NCBI GenBank assembly: GCA_021790335.1 | Contig: JAJYEE010000010.1 | Span: 1,715 to 65,714 of the forward strand | Origin: Pseudomonadota bacterium | GTDB lineage: Bacteria > Pseudomonadota > Gammaproteobacteria > Acidiferrobacterales > UBA6901 | Direction of reading: 5' to 3' | Length of the DNA stretch: 64,000 bases | Shown: piece by piece, positions 34,725 to 43,949 of the stretch | How the letters are laid out: the number at the start of each line of letters is the position of its first letter | Numbering within the stretch: the stretch's first letter is position 1 | Translations under genes and position numbers: made by a program | The notes under the pieces: generated by a model | Told to the model about the DNA's origin: nothing | Database searches by the model: none | Seen by the model: the letters and a program-made list of their open reading frames with translations, nothing else

Positions 34725-35318
34725 TCAGGGCGGCGCGCCTGATGTCATGCCTGCAGTGATCGCGAACCGCATCGCATCCTGCATGGTCATGGGAAGTGGT
34801 TTGATGGCGCTACGCGGCACGAGCACCATGTGCCCGCCGATCTGATAACTCAGCGGTATATACACCACCACGGTATCTTCACCGCCCATTTCCGGTGGAA
34901 CCCCGGTGAAGTTTTCGCGGGTGACAAATCCGAGCGTGCTGAGGTTCGTCTGGCCCAGGCTCACCAAAACCACCTGACTGAAGCCTCGGGTCTTGCTTCC
35001 GGAAAAAAAGCCCATGAGGTCGCGCACCGAACCGAAAATCACCTTTACCAACGGAATCCGGCCAAGAACAGCCTCGCCCCATCCGAACAGGCGACGCACC
35101 ACAAAGACCTGCATCAGCACACCCAGAGCAAAAACCAGCAATATGCCCGAGACCAGCCCCATCCCTACATGGTACAGGCCGGCGGGAAGCACCAGCTTTA
35201 TCGCCGCGCCCAGAATCGACTCCGCCCAGGATGCCAGCTTGATCAACACGAAAAAGGTAACGGCAATCGGCAATATGGCGAACAATCCTGTGAGAAACGT
35301 CTTGCTCAGGCCTTTCAT
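34725..35318 (-). CDS. DUF502 family membrane protein
   Basis: MKGLSKTFLTGLFAILPIAVTFFVLIKLASW... and GRIPLVKVIFGSVRDL are typical of DUF502. The start was chosen at ATG 35318 within ORF 34725..35399. Confidence 0.8.
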   Translation of the reverse strand: MKGLSKTFLTGLFAILPIAVTFFVLIKLASWAESILGAAIKLVLPAGLYHVGMGLVSGILLVFALGVLMQVFVVRRLFGWGEAVLGRIPLVKVIFGSVRDLMGFFSGSKTRGFSQVVLVSLGQTNLSTLGFVTRENFTGVPPEMGGEDTVVVYIPLSYQIGGHMVLVPRSAIKPLPMTMQDAMRFAITAGMTSGAPP

Positions 35319-35564
35319 GTCTGGTGTCTCCCAAAGGTGATTTCTGATCGTCGATAGTGTACGCCGTTCAGGCCGGTTCCGGCCGTCCGTCAGATGCACC
35401 GGGGTGAAGGTCGGACAGCAGCACTGCCGGCAGTGAGCGTTGCAGTCTGGTGCACATAACAGGGCTGCAGGGCGGTGCCTGTTTTGCCGCGCGGGACGGT
35501 CTTGCGCATTGAAAATATCGGAACCGGCACTGATTCCGCCACGGTCTGACCGACCGCGCCATAC

Positions 35565-35885
35565 GGTGTTATCGGGCGGGGGCGGTCGCTGTGACCCTGG
35601 TCTCGAAGGAGCCGGGCCGGGTTATACGGCGGCATCTTGCCGCCTTCCTGCGTTAGCTGGAAAGTGAAGTCGGGCGTGTGTCGTTACGGGTGCTCGCTGG
35701 CGCTGATGGATCTCGACGACTTTGGGGCCATCGATGATCGGCGCGGGCGCGATGCTGACGACGCGGTGCTTGGCGGCTATGGCCAGGGAGCAAACGCCCC
35801 AGGCCCGCGACAATCGGTCATGGACCTGTCTGGACGTTGGCGGACGGATGTCGGCCGCATAACCATTCTTGCCAGCCACGAACAA
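35565..35885 (+). pseudogene. remnant of a GGDEF domain (stop/frameshift-disrupted) upstream of, and partly in frame with, the next gene
   Basis: One frame reads ...GRVIRRHLAAFLR* (like LTGLxNRRxLxxxL). The next frame reads SLALMDLDDFGAIDDRRGRDADDAVL...SGRWRTDVGRITILAS, collinear with the GGDEF core (lallDiDhFKxiNDxxGHxxGDxvL...aRxGGDEFaill) but with key residues lost. Confidence 0.35.
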
Positions 35886-35975
35886 AAACGGCCTTCGGAC
35901 CAGCAAAATGGCGGAACTGCGGCCCGATTGCTGCGAAATTTGTCATTTTGTCCGCTGAAAGGTAGATTTTCCCTT

Positions 35976-37280
35976 GTGGATCATTTAAATCCGCAATCAG
36001 CCCAACAGAGGAAGCTATTTTTGACCGCCGTTCCTGCACTGCCTGACGAATCGGAGATTATTCGCACGCTGCTGGCACTCGCGAGCACCCTGCAACAGAC
36101 GCCTGACGGCGCTGTGTTGCACGCGCAGCTAGAGCAGGGTAGCAACATGCGCACGAATATTCGCAAGTCCGTCGACCGCGCTTTCATGGCCTTCGCCTAT
36201 GCGCTCTTGCGCCAGTACAGCAAGAACCCCCTGAGCGACTCCGCCACCCGTGTGCGCACCGTACTTATTCAGCAACGTATCGTTCCGTATCTGGACCCGG
36301 GCAAAAACGCGCGAACTGCGACGGATCCGGGACAAACGGCCGTCGAAGCCGGCGCGATCGGATCGATCGAAAACTTCGAGCAGCAGATCGCATCAGTGTT
36401 ATGGTCTGTGAGAAACCAGGAGATGAGTGATCGTCGCCAAATGCAGAGGCGGACAATCGGCGGTGTTACGGAACCAGATCATCGGACCGAGCGCAACCGT
36501 CTCGCCGAAGTTCATGCCGCGCTCGGTCAGAGTTTGGGGCGGGCACTGTCCGAAACGATCGATTTCATCGCCCACATCAAAACCGCCCAGCTCGCACTGC
36601 CTCAAGCCGACAATGCGTCGGAAGTCGTTGTCCTCCGGCAGATTCTTTTCGATTGCATGGACGAACTCATTCGCGACCACGGCCGCCTGGCCGGGCACCT
36701 GCGCACCGCCGAAAATCACGCGCACGAGCTTCAATCCCTTTGCGATCGGCTCGGAGAGGAAACGGCACGGCCGCACGACACAACGCTGACCGACAAGCTT
36801 ACCGGAATCCCCAACCGTGCTGCCCTGCTGTATCGCCTCAGGGCCGAGACGATACGTGCACAGCGTTATGGAATCCCGCTGGCGCTGGCAATTGTCGACC
36901 CGGACAGACTCAATGACATCGGCAGTTTTGCCGGTGCCGCGGCAGCCGATGAAGTGGTGCGCTGCTACGCGCGCGCGATTCTGGCAAGCTTCCGGGCCTA
37001 CGACATGGTGGCACGCTGTGGCAACGGCGGGGAATTTGCCGTGCTGCTGCCCAACGCCGGACGTGAACAGGCGGTGTCGGCACTGCACAAAGCCCGGCAT
37101 CGGGTGATCGGAGCTTACTTCGAGTATCAGGGCAAGCAGATGTCTGCGCCGACATTCTCATCCGGCCTTGCCTGGTATCTTCCCGGAGAAGGCCCCGAAG
37201 AACTGCTGCAGCGCGCCGCAATGGCACTGCGGCGCGCCAAAAGCGGGGGCCCTAACCGTATCGAGACCGCACTGTCGTGA
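35976..37280 (+). CDS. GGDEF-domain protein (putative diguanylate cyclase, non-canonical GNGGEF site)
   Basis: The ORF is open from TTG 35637. I place the start tentatively at the in-frame GTG 35976, downstream of the remnant. The C-terminal domain reads LTGIPNRAALLYRL...LALAIVDPDRLNDIG...RAYDMVARCGNGGEFAVLLPN. It has an RxxD I-site, and GNGGEF stands in place of GG(D/E)EF. Confidence 0.75.
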   Translation: MDHLNPQSAQQRKLFLTAVPALPDESEIIRTLLALASTLQQTPDGAVLHAQLEQGSNMRTNIRKSVDRAFMAFAYALLRQYSKNPLSDSATRVRTVLIQQRIVPYLDPGKNARTATDPGQTAVEAGAIGSIENFEQQIASVLWSVRNQEMSDRRQMQRRTIGGVTEPDHRTERNRLAEVHAALGQSLGRALSETIDFIAHIKTAQLALPQADNASEVVVLRQILFDCMDELIRDHGRLAGHLRTAENHAHELQSLCDRLGEETARPHDTTLTDKLTGIPNRAALLYRLRAETIRAQRYGIPLALAIVDPDRLNDIGSFAGAAAADEVVRCYARAILASFRAYDMVARCGNGGEFAVLLPNAGREQAVSALHKARHRVIGAYFEYQGKQMSAPTFSSGLAWYLPGEGPEELLQRAAMALRRAKSGGPNRIETALS

Positions 37281-37383
37281 GAAGCGGGGCTGTCGGGTGC
37301 TCCAATCAGAACAGCAGCGCACCGGCACTGACCGACGGGAAGAATGCAATCTGCGACGTTCCCGCTGGACGCGCTTTCAGGAG

Positions 37384-37776
37384 CTACCCGCGTCGCCTTG
37401 CAGCCAGACTGATGTGCGTAACCCCCGCGGCACGGCAGGCATCCATAACGGTCATCAGGTTCTGGACGGAAGCCTGCTTCGCGCCTTCTATCGTGACAAT
37501 GGCATGGGCAGGGTCTCGGCTTTGCAGGAAGGCGGTCAGATCGACCGCAGAGAGCATGCGACCACCTACAGTAATTGTTCCGTCCGGGCCCAGCGCCACC
37601 AAGACTTTAGGCCGCGGCATTGCGATGGCCGTAGAGCTGCGAGGAAGGGCGGTTACGATCCCTGCCGACGGAATCATGCGCAGCGTAATCATGATAAAAA
37701 AGACCAGCAGGAAAAACATGATGTCGATCATCGGAATTATTTCGATGCGTGCCTTTTTTTTGTCGAAGTAGCGCAC
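37384..37776 (-). CDS. exbD: biopolymer transport protein ExbD/TolR family
   Basis: IEIIPMIDIMFFLLVFFIM is the family's TM signature. GTG 37776 follows AGGAGA and lies 1 nt after the exbB stop. Confidence 0.85.
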   Translation of the reverse strand: MRYFDKKKARIEIIPMIDIMFFLLVFFIMITLRMIPSAGIVTALPRSSTAIAMPRPKVLVALGPDGTITVGGRMLSAVDLTAFLQSRDPAHAIVTIEGAKQASVQNLMTVMDACRAAGVTHISLAARRRG

Positions 37777-37777
37777 T

Positions 37778-38473
37778 TCAGATTTCTCCTGCCCTGAGCA
37801 CGCGCGGACCGGCCAGGCGCTCACGCCCGTGGGGGCTGGTCTGCAGCGGAACCCGGTAGTGGGGATACATGCGGTTGATGATCATGACTTTCAGGATTTC
37901 GAGCTGATGCAGAATCACGCGCACCCGGTTGCTGAGTCCATTGAACAGCACCAGCCCGATGATGGCCGCGAACAATCCCGAAGCAGTTGCTAGCAGCGCC
38001 TCGGCTACGCCGCCGGTGACTTTTGGCGATGCACCTGCACCGCTGGAGAGCACATGGAATGTACTGAACATGCCCACTATCGTCCCCAAGAGACCGAGCA
38101 GCGGCGCAAGAGTGACGATGGTGTCGAGCACCCAGAGGTGGCGGTCGATGCAAGGCGCTTCGCGCAATATGGCCTCCTCGATCCTGTCGGAAAGCCGCTC
38201 GAAGTCGTGATCCAGGTCGTGCTTGACGGTGGCCGCCAACACCTCGGCCGGCGGCAGATTCTTGCAGTCATCCGCTAGATTTCTCAGATGCTGCTCTTCG
38301 ATTCGGTCGATCGAATCGAGCTTTGCGATGATCCGGTTGCCCGCGATGAATGCACGCCTGAGATACCACGTCCGCTCAAACGCTATTGTCAGGGCAATGA
38401 ACAGCAGCGCTGCCATCAGATAGACTATCTCGCCGGTCGAGTTTGCCGCCTGCAAAAAGGTATCTAGATTCAT
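37778..38473 (-). CDS. exbB: MotA/TolQ/ExbB proton-channel family protein
   Basis: 231 aa. It has three TM segments and the conserved LGLLGTIVGMF...GVAEALLATASGL motif. Confidence 0.88.
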   Translation of the reverse strand: MNLDTFLQAANSTGEIVYLMAALLFIALTIAFERTWYLRRAFIAGNRIIAKLDSIDRIEEQHLRNLADDCKNLPPAEVLAATVKHDLDHDFERLSDRIEEAILREAPCIDRHLWVLDTIVTLAPLLGLLGTIVGMFSTFHVLSSGAGASPKVTGGVAEALLATASGLFAAIIGLVLFNGLSNRVRVILHQLEILKVMIINRMYPHYRVPLQTSPHGRERLAGPRVLRAGEI

Positions 38474-38750
38474 TTGTCCGCCCGCATTGATGAGAGTACC
38501 GTCGGCTTCCGTCGAGGTATACTGGGGGGAACCGCACCACGAACACCGTAGTTACCATTTTCCGCCCCGGTGCTGCCGCTATGGTTTTTCCCAGAGTCGA
38601 TCGTGAATTTAAACCAGGATTGTGACGTGCACGTGACACTTAGATGAATTGAGGACGACCGGCAAGGCAAGCGTGGGCGACGCCGCACGGATTCCGGCGT
38701 GGCGATCCTCTCCGTGGATTCACCCGCCGTCGGCGTACCACACCCTGCGA

Positions 38751-41243
38751 TCAGGAAAATTCGCGCAGCGTCTGCAGCGGCGGACGTGCAAGCACGAAGC
38801 GTGTACCCCATACGCCAAAGGTTCCGACGCCGGCGCCGCCGCCGATCAGCCCGACAACCCATAGCCTGGGATCGACGTGGTAATTAAGATGGAACAGGTG
38901 CCGCGCGACAAGGTAGCCCGAGACGGTTGCTCCCAAGGCAGCCAGCAGTCCGGTGACTAGCCCGATTGCGGTGAATTCCACCATCAGGCTCAGCGTGAGC
39001 TGGCGCGTGGTCGCCCCCAAGGCGCGCATCACGGCAACCTCGTGCGTGCGTTCGTCCTGGGTGGCCTGGAGCGCGGCGTAAAGCACTGTCAGTCCGGCCA
39101 GCAGTGTAAACAGAAACACATATTCCAGAGACAGATTCACGCGATGCATGATGCTGCGCACCTGGGCCATCACAGTCTGCACATCGATAATGGTAATGTT
39201 GGGAAAACGCTGCATCAGCCTCCGCAGCAGTCCATGCCGGTCCGCAGCGAGGTGAAAGCTCGTGATGTATGTCGCCGGGTAACCGTTGAGCAGGCCGGGA
39301 GGAGTGACTGCGAAGAAATTCACGCGAAAGGAATCCCACTCGACTTTCCGCAAATTCACAACCCGTACAGAGAGGTCGCGGTCTGCGATGCGGTACTCAA
39401 GCGTATCACCGAGCTTTATCCGTAGGGTCTTGGCGAGACCCTGCTCGATTGATACCAATGGCTTACCATACTGCGCCGCAGTCCACCATTGTCCGGCAAC
39501 GATGTGGTTGTCGGGCTGCGGCCGCAGGGTCCACGACAGATTGAATTCCCTCTCGATCAAATGACGGGCACGGATATCGGAATAGCTGGAAGCGCGTACC
39601 GGCCTGTGATTGATGGCAAGCAGCCGCCCGCGCACCATCGGATAGAGAACCGCGTCCTGCAGCCCGTTGGCGAAGAAAAACCGCCGCAGTGGCGCGACCT
39701 GTTCAGGCTGTACATTGATGACGAACTGATTCGGAGCCCCCGGGGGAAGGCTGCGCTCCCATTCATTGAGCAGGTCGCCACGCACCAGCGACAGCAACAG
39801 GAGCAGCATGATGCCGATCCCGAATGCGACCATTTGCACTACACTGGTACCGGCTCGTCGCGCGATGCCGGCAAGCCCGAGACGCCAGGCAACCCCGGAA
39901 TGTGCGCGCAGCAGTCTGAGCAGGCGTACCAGCGCATAAGCTACAGCGCTCAGGACGGCGAGCGTAAGCGAGGTAGCCGACAGCAGGTAGGCCGTGAGCC
40001 GTACGTCGCGTGTCTGCCACAGCATGAGCGCGGCGGCGACCGCCAGTGCCGCGACATAAACCATCCAGGTCCGCGCCGGCAGCTGGCCGAGGTCACGCCG
40101 TAGCACCCTAGCAGGAGTGACATCCTTCAGTCGCAGCACCGGCGGAAGAGCGAACCCGAGGAGGGCAACCAGGCCGGTAAGCAGGCCGGTCACGACTGGG
40201 AACCCGGACGGCGGAGGAAGCGGCGCCGCGACCAGCCCGGAAAGTAGGTACACGAGGACCTGTTGCGCGAAGTAGCCTACCGCGCAACCGGCCAGGCTGG
40301 CGACCAGGCCCAGCCACAGCATCTGCAGAACATGAAGCCATACGACATAACGCTGCGTAGCTCCGAGACAGCGCATGACCGCGGTGCCGTCGAGATGGCG
40401 CACAGCATAACGCCTTGTCGCAGTTGCGATGGCGACACCGGCAAGCAACACGCTGACCAGGGCAGCGAGCCCGAGAAATTTTTGCGCGCGATCGAGCGCC
40501 TCCCGCAGTTGCGGGCGAGCATCGCGAACATCTTCGAGGCGTTCCCCCGGTTCGAGGCGCCGGTCGACCCACTGTCGGAACTTTGCGAGTACCGGTGCCG
40601 GGCCTGCGATGAGCAGACGGTAGGTGGCGCGGCTGCCCGGGCCGATCAGCGCGGTAGCCGGCATGTCCTGGAGATTCATGAGCAGCCGTGGTGCGATGCC
40701 GAAGAGGTCGCCGCCATGGTCGGGTTCGTAGGCGAGGACCTCGGCGATCGTGAGAACCGAAGAGCCGAGCTTGATCTTGTCGCCGATACGCAGCCCGAGG
40801 CGGGTGAGTGCACGCGGACCTAACCATACCGTACCAGGCGCCGGAATGGTGCGCGTCGCCCGCTCCTTGCCATAGGGCAATTGCGCGACCCGCAGCACTC
40901 CGCGCAGCGGATAACCGGCGCTCACCGACTTGACCTCGAGCAGCTCGGTCGTGCTGCCGGCGAGCACAACGCTTGGAAAGGTGCCTGTTTCCGCGGTTTT
41001 CAGGCCAAGTCCACGGGCATTACTGGCAAACCCGGGATTGATAGGGTCGGAAGAAACAACCGCGAGGTCCGCACCCAGCAGCACCGAAGCCTGACGCTCC
41101 ATGAGCAGCGCTATCCGGTCGGTGAAAAACCCCACTGCGGTCGTGCTCGCGACGGCAATGACAAGCGCCAGCCCCAGCACCCGCAGCTCGCCCGCACGCC
41201 AGTCGCGCAGCAGGCCGAGCAGTGAGAGCCTAAATATTCTCAC
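38751..41243 (-). CDS. ybbP: ABC transporter permease, FtsX-like, YbbP family
   Basis: About 830 aa from GTG 41243 ((V)RIFRLSLLGLLRDWRAGELRVLGLALVIAVAS, the typical YbbP N-terminus). It has two FtsX permease repeats and follows the ybbA-like ATPase with a 14-nt overlap. Confidence 0.88.
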   Translation of the reverse strand: MRIFRLSLLGLLRDWRAGELRVLGLALVIAVASTTAVGFFTDRIALLMERQASVLLGADLAVVSSDPINPGFASNARGLGLKTAETGTFPSVVLAGSTTELLEVKSVSAGYPLRGVLRVAQLPYGKERATRTIPAPGTVWLGPRALTRLGLRIGDKIKLGSSVLTIAEVLAYEPDHGGDLFGIAPRLLMNLQDMPATALIGPGSRATYRLLIAGPAPVLAKFRQWVDRRLEPGERLEDVRDARPQLREALDRAQKFLGLAALVSVLLAGVAIATATRRYAVRHLDGTAVMRCLGATQRYVVWLHVLQMLWLGLVASLAGCAVGYFAQQVLVYLLSGLVAAPLPPPSGFPVVTGLLTGLVALLGFALPPVLRLKDVTPARVLRRDLGQLPARTWMVYVAALAVAAALMLWQTRDVRLTAYLLSATSLTLAVLSAVAYALVRLLRLLRAHSGVAWRLGLAGIARRAGTSVVQMVAFGIGIMLLLLLSLVRGDLLNEWERSLPPGAPNQFVINVQPEQVAPLRRFFFANGLQDAVLYPMVRGRLLAINHRPVRASSYSDIRARHLIEREFNLSWTLRPQPDNHIVAGQWWTAAQYGKPLVSIEQGLAKTLRIKLGDTLEYRIADRDLSVRVVNLRKVEWDSFRVNFFAVTPPGLLNGYPATYITSFHLAADRHGLLRRLMQRFPNITIIDVQTVMAQVRSIMHRVNLSLEYVFLFTLLAGLTVLYAALQATQDERTHEVAVMRALGATTRQLTLSLMVEFTAIGLVTGLLAALGATVSGYLVARHLFHLNYHVDPRLWVVGLIGGGAGVGTFGVWGTRFVLARPPLQTLREFS

Positions 41244-41955
41244 CGGCCGCTTCCGGCAGGTCGACCTGTCTATCCGCACCAGGTACGGAGTCGTCCCGCA
41301 ATCGGCCGGCTGCAAGGTGCAGCCGGCGGTGACAGTGTGCGGCCACCGCTTCATCATGGGTAACGAGCAAGATGGTGGTCGCGTGCTCACGATTGAGCGA
41401 AAACACCAGGTCGATCACGCGTTCGCCGGTGACCTGGTCGAGATTCCCGGTGGGTTCGTCGGCAAACAGAATCTTCGGGCCTGAAGCAAACGCACGTGCG
41501 ATCGCCACACGCTGCTGCTCGCCACCAGACAGCTGGCTGGGATAGTGACGCAGGCGATCCGCCAGCCCGACTCGCGCGAGAACCTCCCGCGCCGTGCGCC
41601 CCGGCGCCGTGCGCCCAATAAGCTCCAGAGGAAGCATGACGTTCTCGAGGGCAGTGAGAGAGGGGAGCAGCTGAAACGACTGGAACACGAAGCCCACGCG
41701 CCCGGCGCGCAACCGCGCGCGCCCGTCCTCGTCAAGCGTACCCAGGTCGATGCCGTCCAGCAGAACGCGCCCGGCACTGGGGGCATCAAGCCCGGCAAGC
41801 AGGCCGAGCAAGGTCGACTTCCCGGATCCGGATGCACCAACTATGGCGCAGGCCTCTCCCGCGGCAACTTCCAGATCGACCTCATCGAGCAGCGTAAGCG
41901 TTCCTTCCGGGCTCGCCACGCGCTTGCTGAGCTTTTGCGCCTGCACCATGCACAT
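41230..41955 (-). CDS. ybbA: ABC transporter ATP-binding protein, YbbA/LolD-like
   Basis: It has Walker A GASGSGKST, the signature LSGGEQQRVAIARA and Walker B ILFADEPTGNLD. The start is at ATG 41955 or 41949. It is divergent from tesA, as in E. coli. Confidence 0.9.
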   Translation of the reverse strand: MCMVQAQKLSKRVASPEGTLTLLDEVDLEVAAGEACAIVGASGSGKSTLLGLLAGLDAPSAGRVLLDGIDLGTLDEDGRARLRAGRVGFVFQSFQLLPSLTALENVMLPLELIGRTAPGRTAREVLARVGLADRLRHYPSQLSGGEQQRVAIARAFASGPKILFADEPTGNLDQVTGERVIDLVFSLNREHATTILLVTHDEAVAAHCHRRLHLAAGRLRDDSVPGADRQVDLPEAAGENI

Positions 41956-41973
41956 GGTGTAATACCCTCGGTC

Positions 41974-42663
41974 ATGCGACGATATCTGCTTTACGCGCTG
42001 CTGCTGTTCGCCGGCAATGCCGCAGCCGCCATACCGGCAATACTTGTCGTGGGCGACAGTCTGAGCGCGGGCTACGGCATTGCTCTGCACACGGCCTGGC
42101 CGGCTCTGCTACAACAACGGCTCGAACAACAAGGCTATCGCTACCATGTGGTTAATGCCAGCATCAGCGGCGATACGACCAGCAGCGGGCGCGCACGCCT
42201 ACCCGCGGCGCTGGCGCGTCACCGTCCGCGGGTCGTGATCATCGAGCTTGGGGCAAATGATGGTCTGCGTGGACTCCCGCTGACAGAGATACACGCCAAT
42301 CTTTCGGCCATGATCGCCATGGCTCTTCATCACGGAGCGCGCGTGCTGCTGGTCGGCATGTACCTGCCGACCAATTACGGCCAGGCTTACGCCGACAGGT
42401 TTCACCGGATCTACCTTGATCTCTCGCGCGAATATCATGTGCCGCTCGTTCCGTTCCTGCTTCAGGGGGTAGCCTTGGAGCCACAAATGATGCAACGGGA
42501 CGGACTGCATCCCCGGGCGGCCGGTGAACCGAGGGTGCTCGAAAACGTCTGGCGCGTACTCAAACCGATGCTGCGTGGCCGAGCCGCGCCCGCTCAACAA
42601 ACGGGCCGGATAATACAGAGATCTGCAGCTGCGCGCGAAGACCAGGAAACGCGGCCACATTGA
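41974..42663 (+). CDS. tesA: SGNH/GDSL arylesterase / acyl-CoA thioesterase I
   Basis: It has a signal peptide followed by ILVVGDSLSAGYG (the GDS(L) catalytic Ser block), ELGANDGLRG and the DGLHP block. The start ATG 41974 lies within ORF 41545..42663. Confidence 0.88.
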   Translation: MRRYLLYALLLFAGNAAAAIPAILVVGDSLSAGYGIALHTAWPALLQQRLEQQGYRYHVVNASISGDTTSSGRARLPAALARHRPRVVIIELGANDGLRGLPLTEIHANLSAMIAMALHHGARVLLVGMYLPTNYGQAYADRFHRIYLDLSREYHVPLVPFLLQGVALEPQMMQRDGLHPRAAGEPRVLENVWRVLKPMLRGRAAPAQQTGRIIQRSAAAREDQETRPH

Positions 42664-42726
42664 ACTCCACCGGAATCGGCTCCGGGAAAGCGTGCGCGAT
42701 GCAGAACGACCGGCGCGATCAGTTTT

Positions 42727-42741
42727 TCAATTATTAATTGA
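42727..42741. repeat. AT-only palindrome TCAATT-att-AATTGA
   Basis: It is a 6-3-6 inverted repeat between the convergent tesA and flavin oxidoreductase gene ends. It shares the TCAATT/AATTGA half-sites with the palindrome at 59786..59813. Confidence 0.4.
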
Positions 42742-42750
42742 TGCGGCACT

Positions 42751-43818
42751 TCAGCGCAGCTTTGCCCGTTGGTACTGCGCTGGCCATGGCAGGTCGAAAT
42801 CAAGGGCCCGGGCGGCATGCAGCGGCCAATATGGATCGCGCAGCAATTGCCGGGCGAGCAAAACGGCATCGGCAAGGCCGGTCGCCACGATCTGCTCCGC
42901 TTGAAATGGGTCGGTGACGAATCCCACGGCACCCGTGGCGATTTGTGCCTCGTTCCGGACCGCAGTCGCGAACGGAACCTGAAATCCCGGACCTGCCGGG
43001 ATGCGGGCGTCCGGGATCACGCCGCCACTGGAACAATCGATGAAGTCGATACCCGCGTCCTTCAACCGGCGTACGAGATGTAGCGACTGCTCTAGGTCCC
43101 AGCCACCTTCGATCCAGTCCGTGGCGGATATGCGCACGAATACCGGAAGGTCCTGCGGCCACACCTCGCGCACTGCCTGTGCGACACGCAACGGAAAACG
43201 CAGGCGGTTCACCAGACTGCCGCCGTACTCGTCATTGCGACGGTTGCTGAGCGGCGATAGAAATTCATGAAGCAGGTAGCCGTGCGCCATGTGTATTTCC
43301 GCAACCTTGAAACCGGCGTCGAGACTGCGGCGCGCCGCATCGGCGAACTCTCCGACCACACGGTCGATGTCTGCGCTGCCGAGTGCGGCGGGAACAGGGG
43401 AATCCGCAGCGAAGGGTACCGCGCTAGGCGCAAGCGGCTGCCATCCTCCCTTGTCCGCGGGCACCGGGCGGCCGCCATGCCACGGCACATCGGTCGACGC
43501 TTTGCGTCCGGCATGTGCCAGCTGGATTGCGGGCACCGCACCGTGCTCGCTGATGAAACCCGCGATCGGCGCCAGTTCCTGGGCGTGCGTATCCGACCAG
43601 ATTCCGAGATCCCGCGGCGAGATACGGCCTGCCTGGCTCACTGCGGCAGCCTCGGTCATCACCAGCGCTGCACCGCCGACCGCACGGCTTCCGAGATGCA
43701 CCAGGTGCCAGGAAGTGGCGATTCCATCCGGTGCCGAGTATTGACACATGGGGGAAACAAAGATGCGGTTCTTGAAACTCAGCCCGCGCAGTTTCAAGGG
43801 TGAGAACAACTGGCTCAT
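42751..43818 (-). CDS. NADH:flavin oxidoreductase, Old Yellow Enzyme family (YqjM/NamA-like)
   Basis: MSQLFSPLKLRGLSFKNRIFVSPMCQYSA..., LAHAGRKAS and NRRNDEYGGS are canonical OYE motifs. Confidence 0.9.
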   Translation of the reverse strand: MSQLFSPLKLRGLSFKNRIFVSPMCQYSAPDGIATSWHLVHLGSRAVGGAALVMTEAAAVSQAGRISPRDLGIWSDTHAQELAPIAGFISEHGAVPAIQLAHAGRKASTDVPWHGGRPVPADKGGWQPLAPSAVPFAADSPVPAALGSADIDRVVGEFADAARRSLDAGFKVAEIHMAHGYLLHEFLSPLSNRRNDEYGGSLVNRLRFPLRVAQAVREVWPQDLPVFVRISATDWIEGGWDLEQSLHLVRRLKDAGIDFIDCSSGGVIPDARIPAGPGFQVPFATAVRNEAQIATGAVGFVTDPFQAEQIVATGLADAVLLARQLLRDPYWPLHAARALDFDLPWPAQYQRAKLR

Positions 43819-43949
43819 AGCATACCCTCCCTTAGGGAAATTGCTGTGCGGGCCGGCGCACCGACAACCGCGGGTGGGATTTCAGCACCTTTTGGCACGA
43901 CAGCGCAATGGCGAATGCCCCGATGGATGCCGTACAATCGACACCGATC

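Noticed and set aside
35637-35975. Accepting the full 547-aa ORF as the GGDEF protein
   Set aside because: The first 110 or so codons look like the tail of a disrupted GGDEF remnant that continues in other frames upstream. I kept the downstream GTG as the provisional start and flagged the uncertainty.
38470-38862. 130-aa minus-strand ORF upstream of exbB, considered as a possible TonB
   Set aside because: It has no N-terminal anchor, no Pro-Glu/Pro-Lys repeats and no C-terminal TonB fold motif. It is Arg-rich and overlaps the ybbP 3' end.
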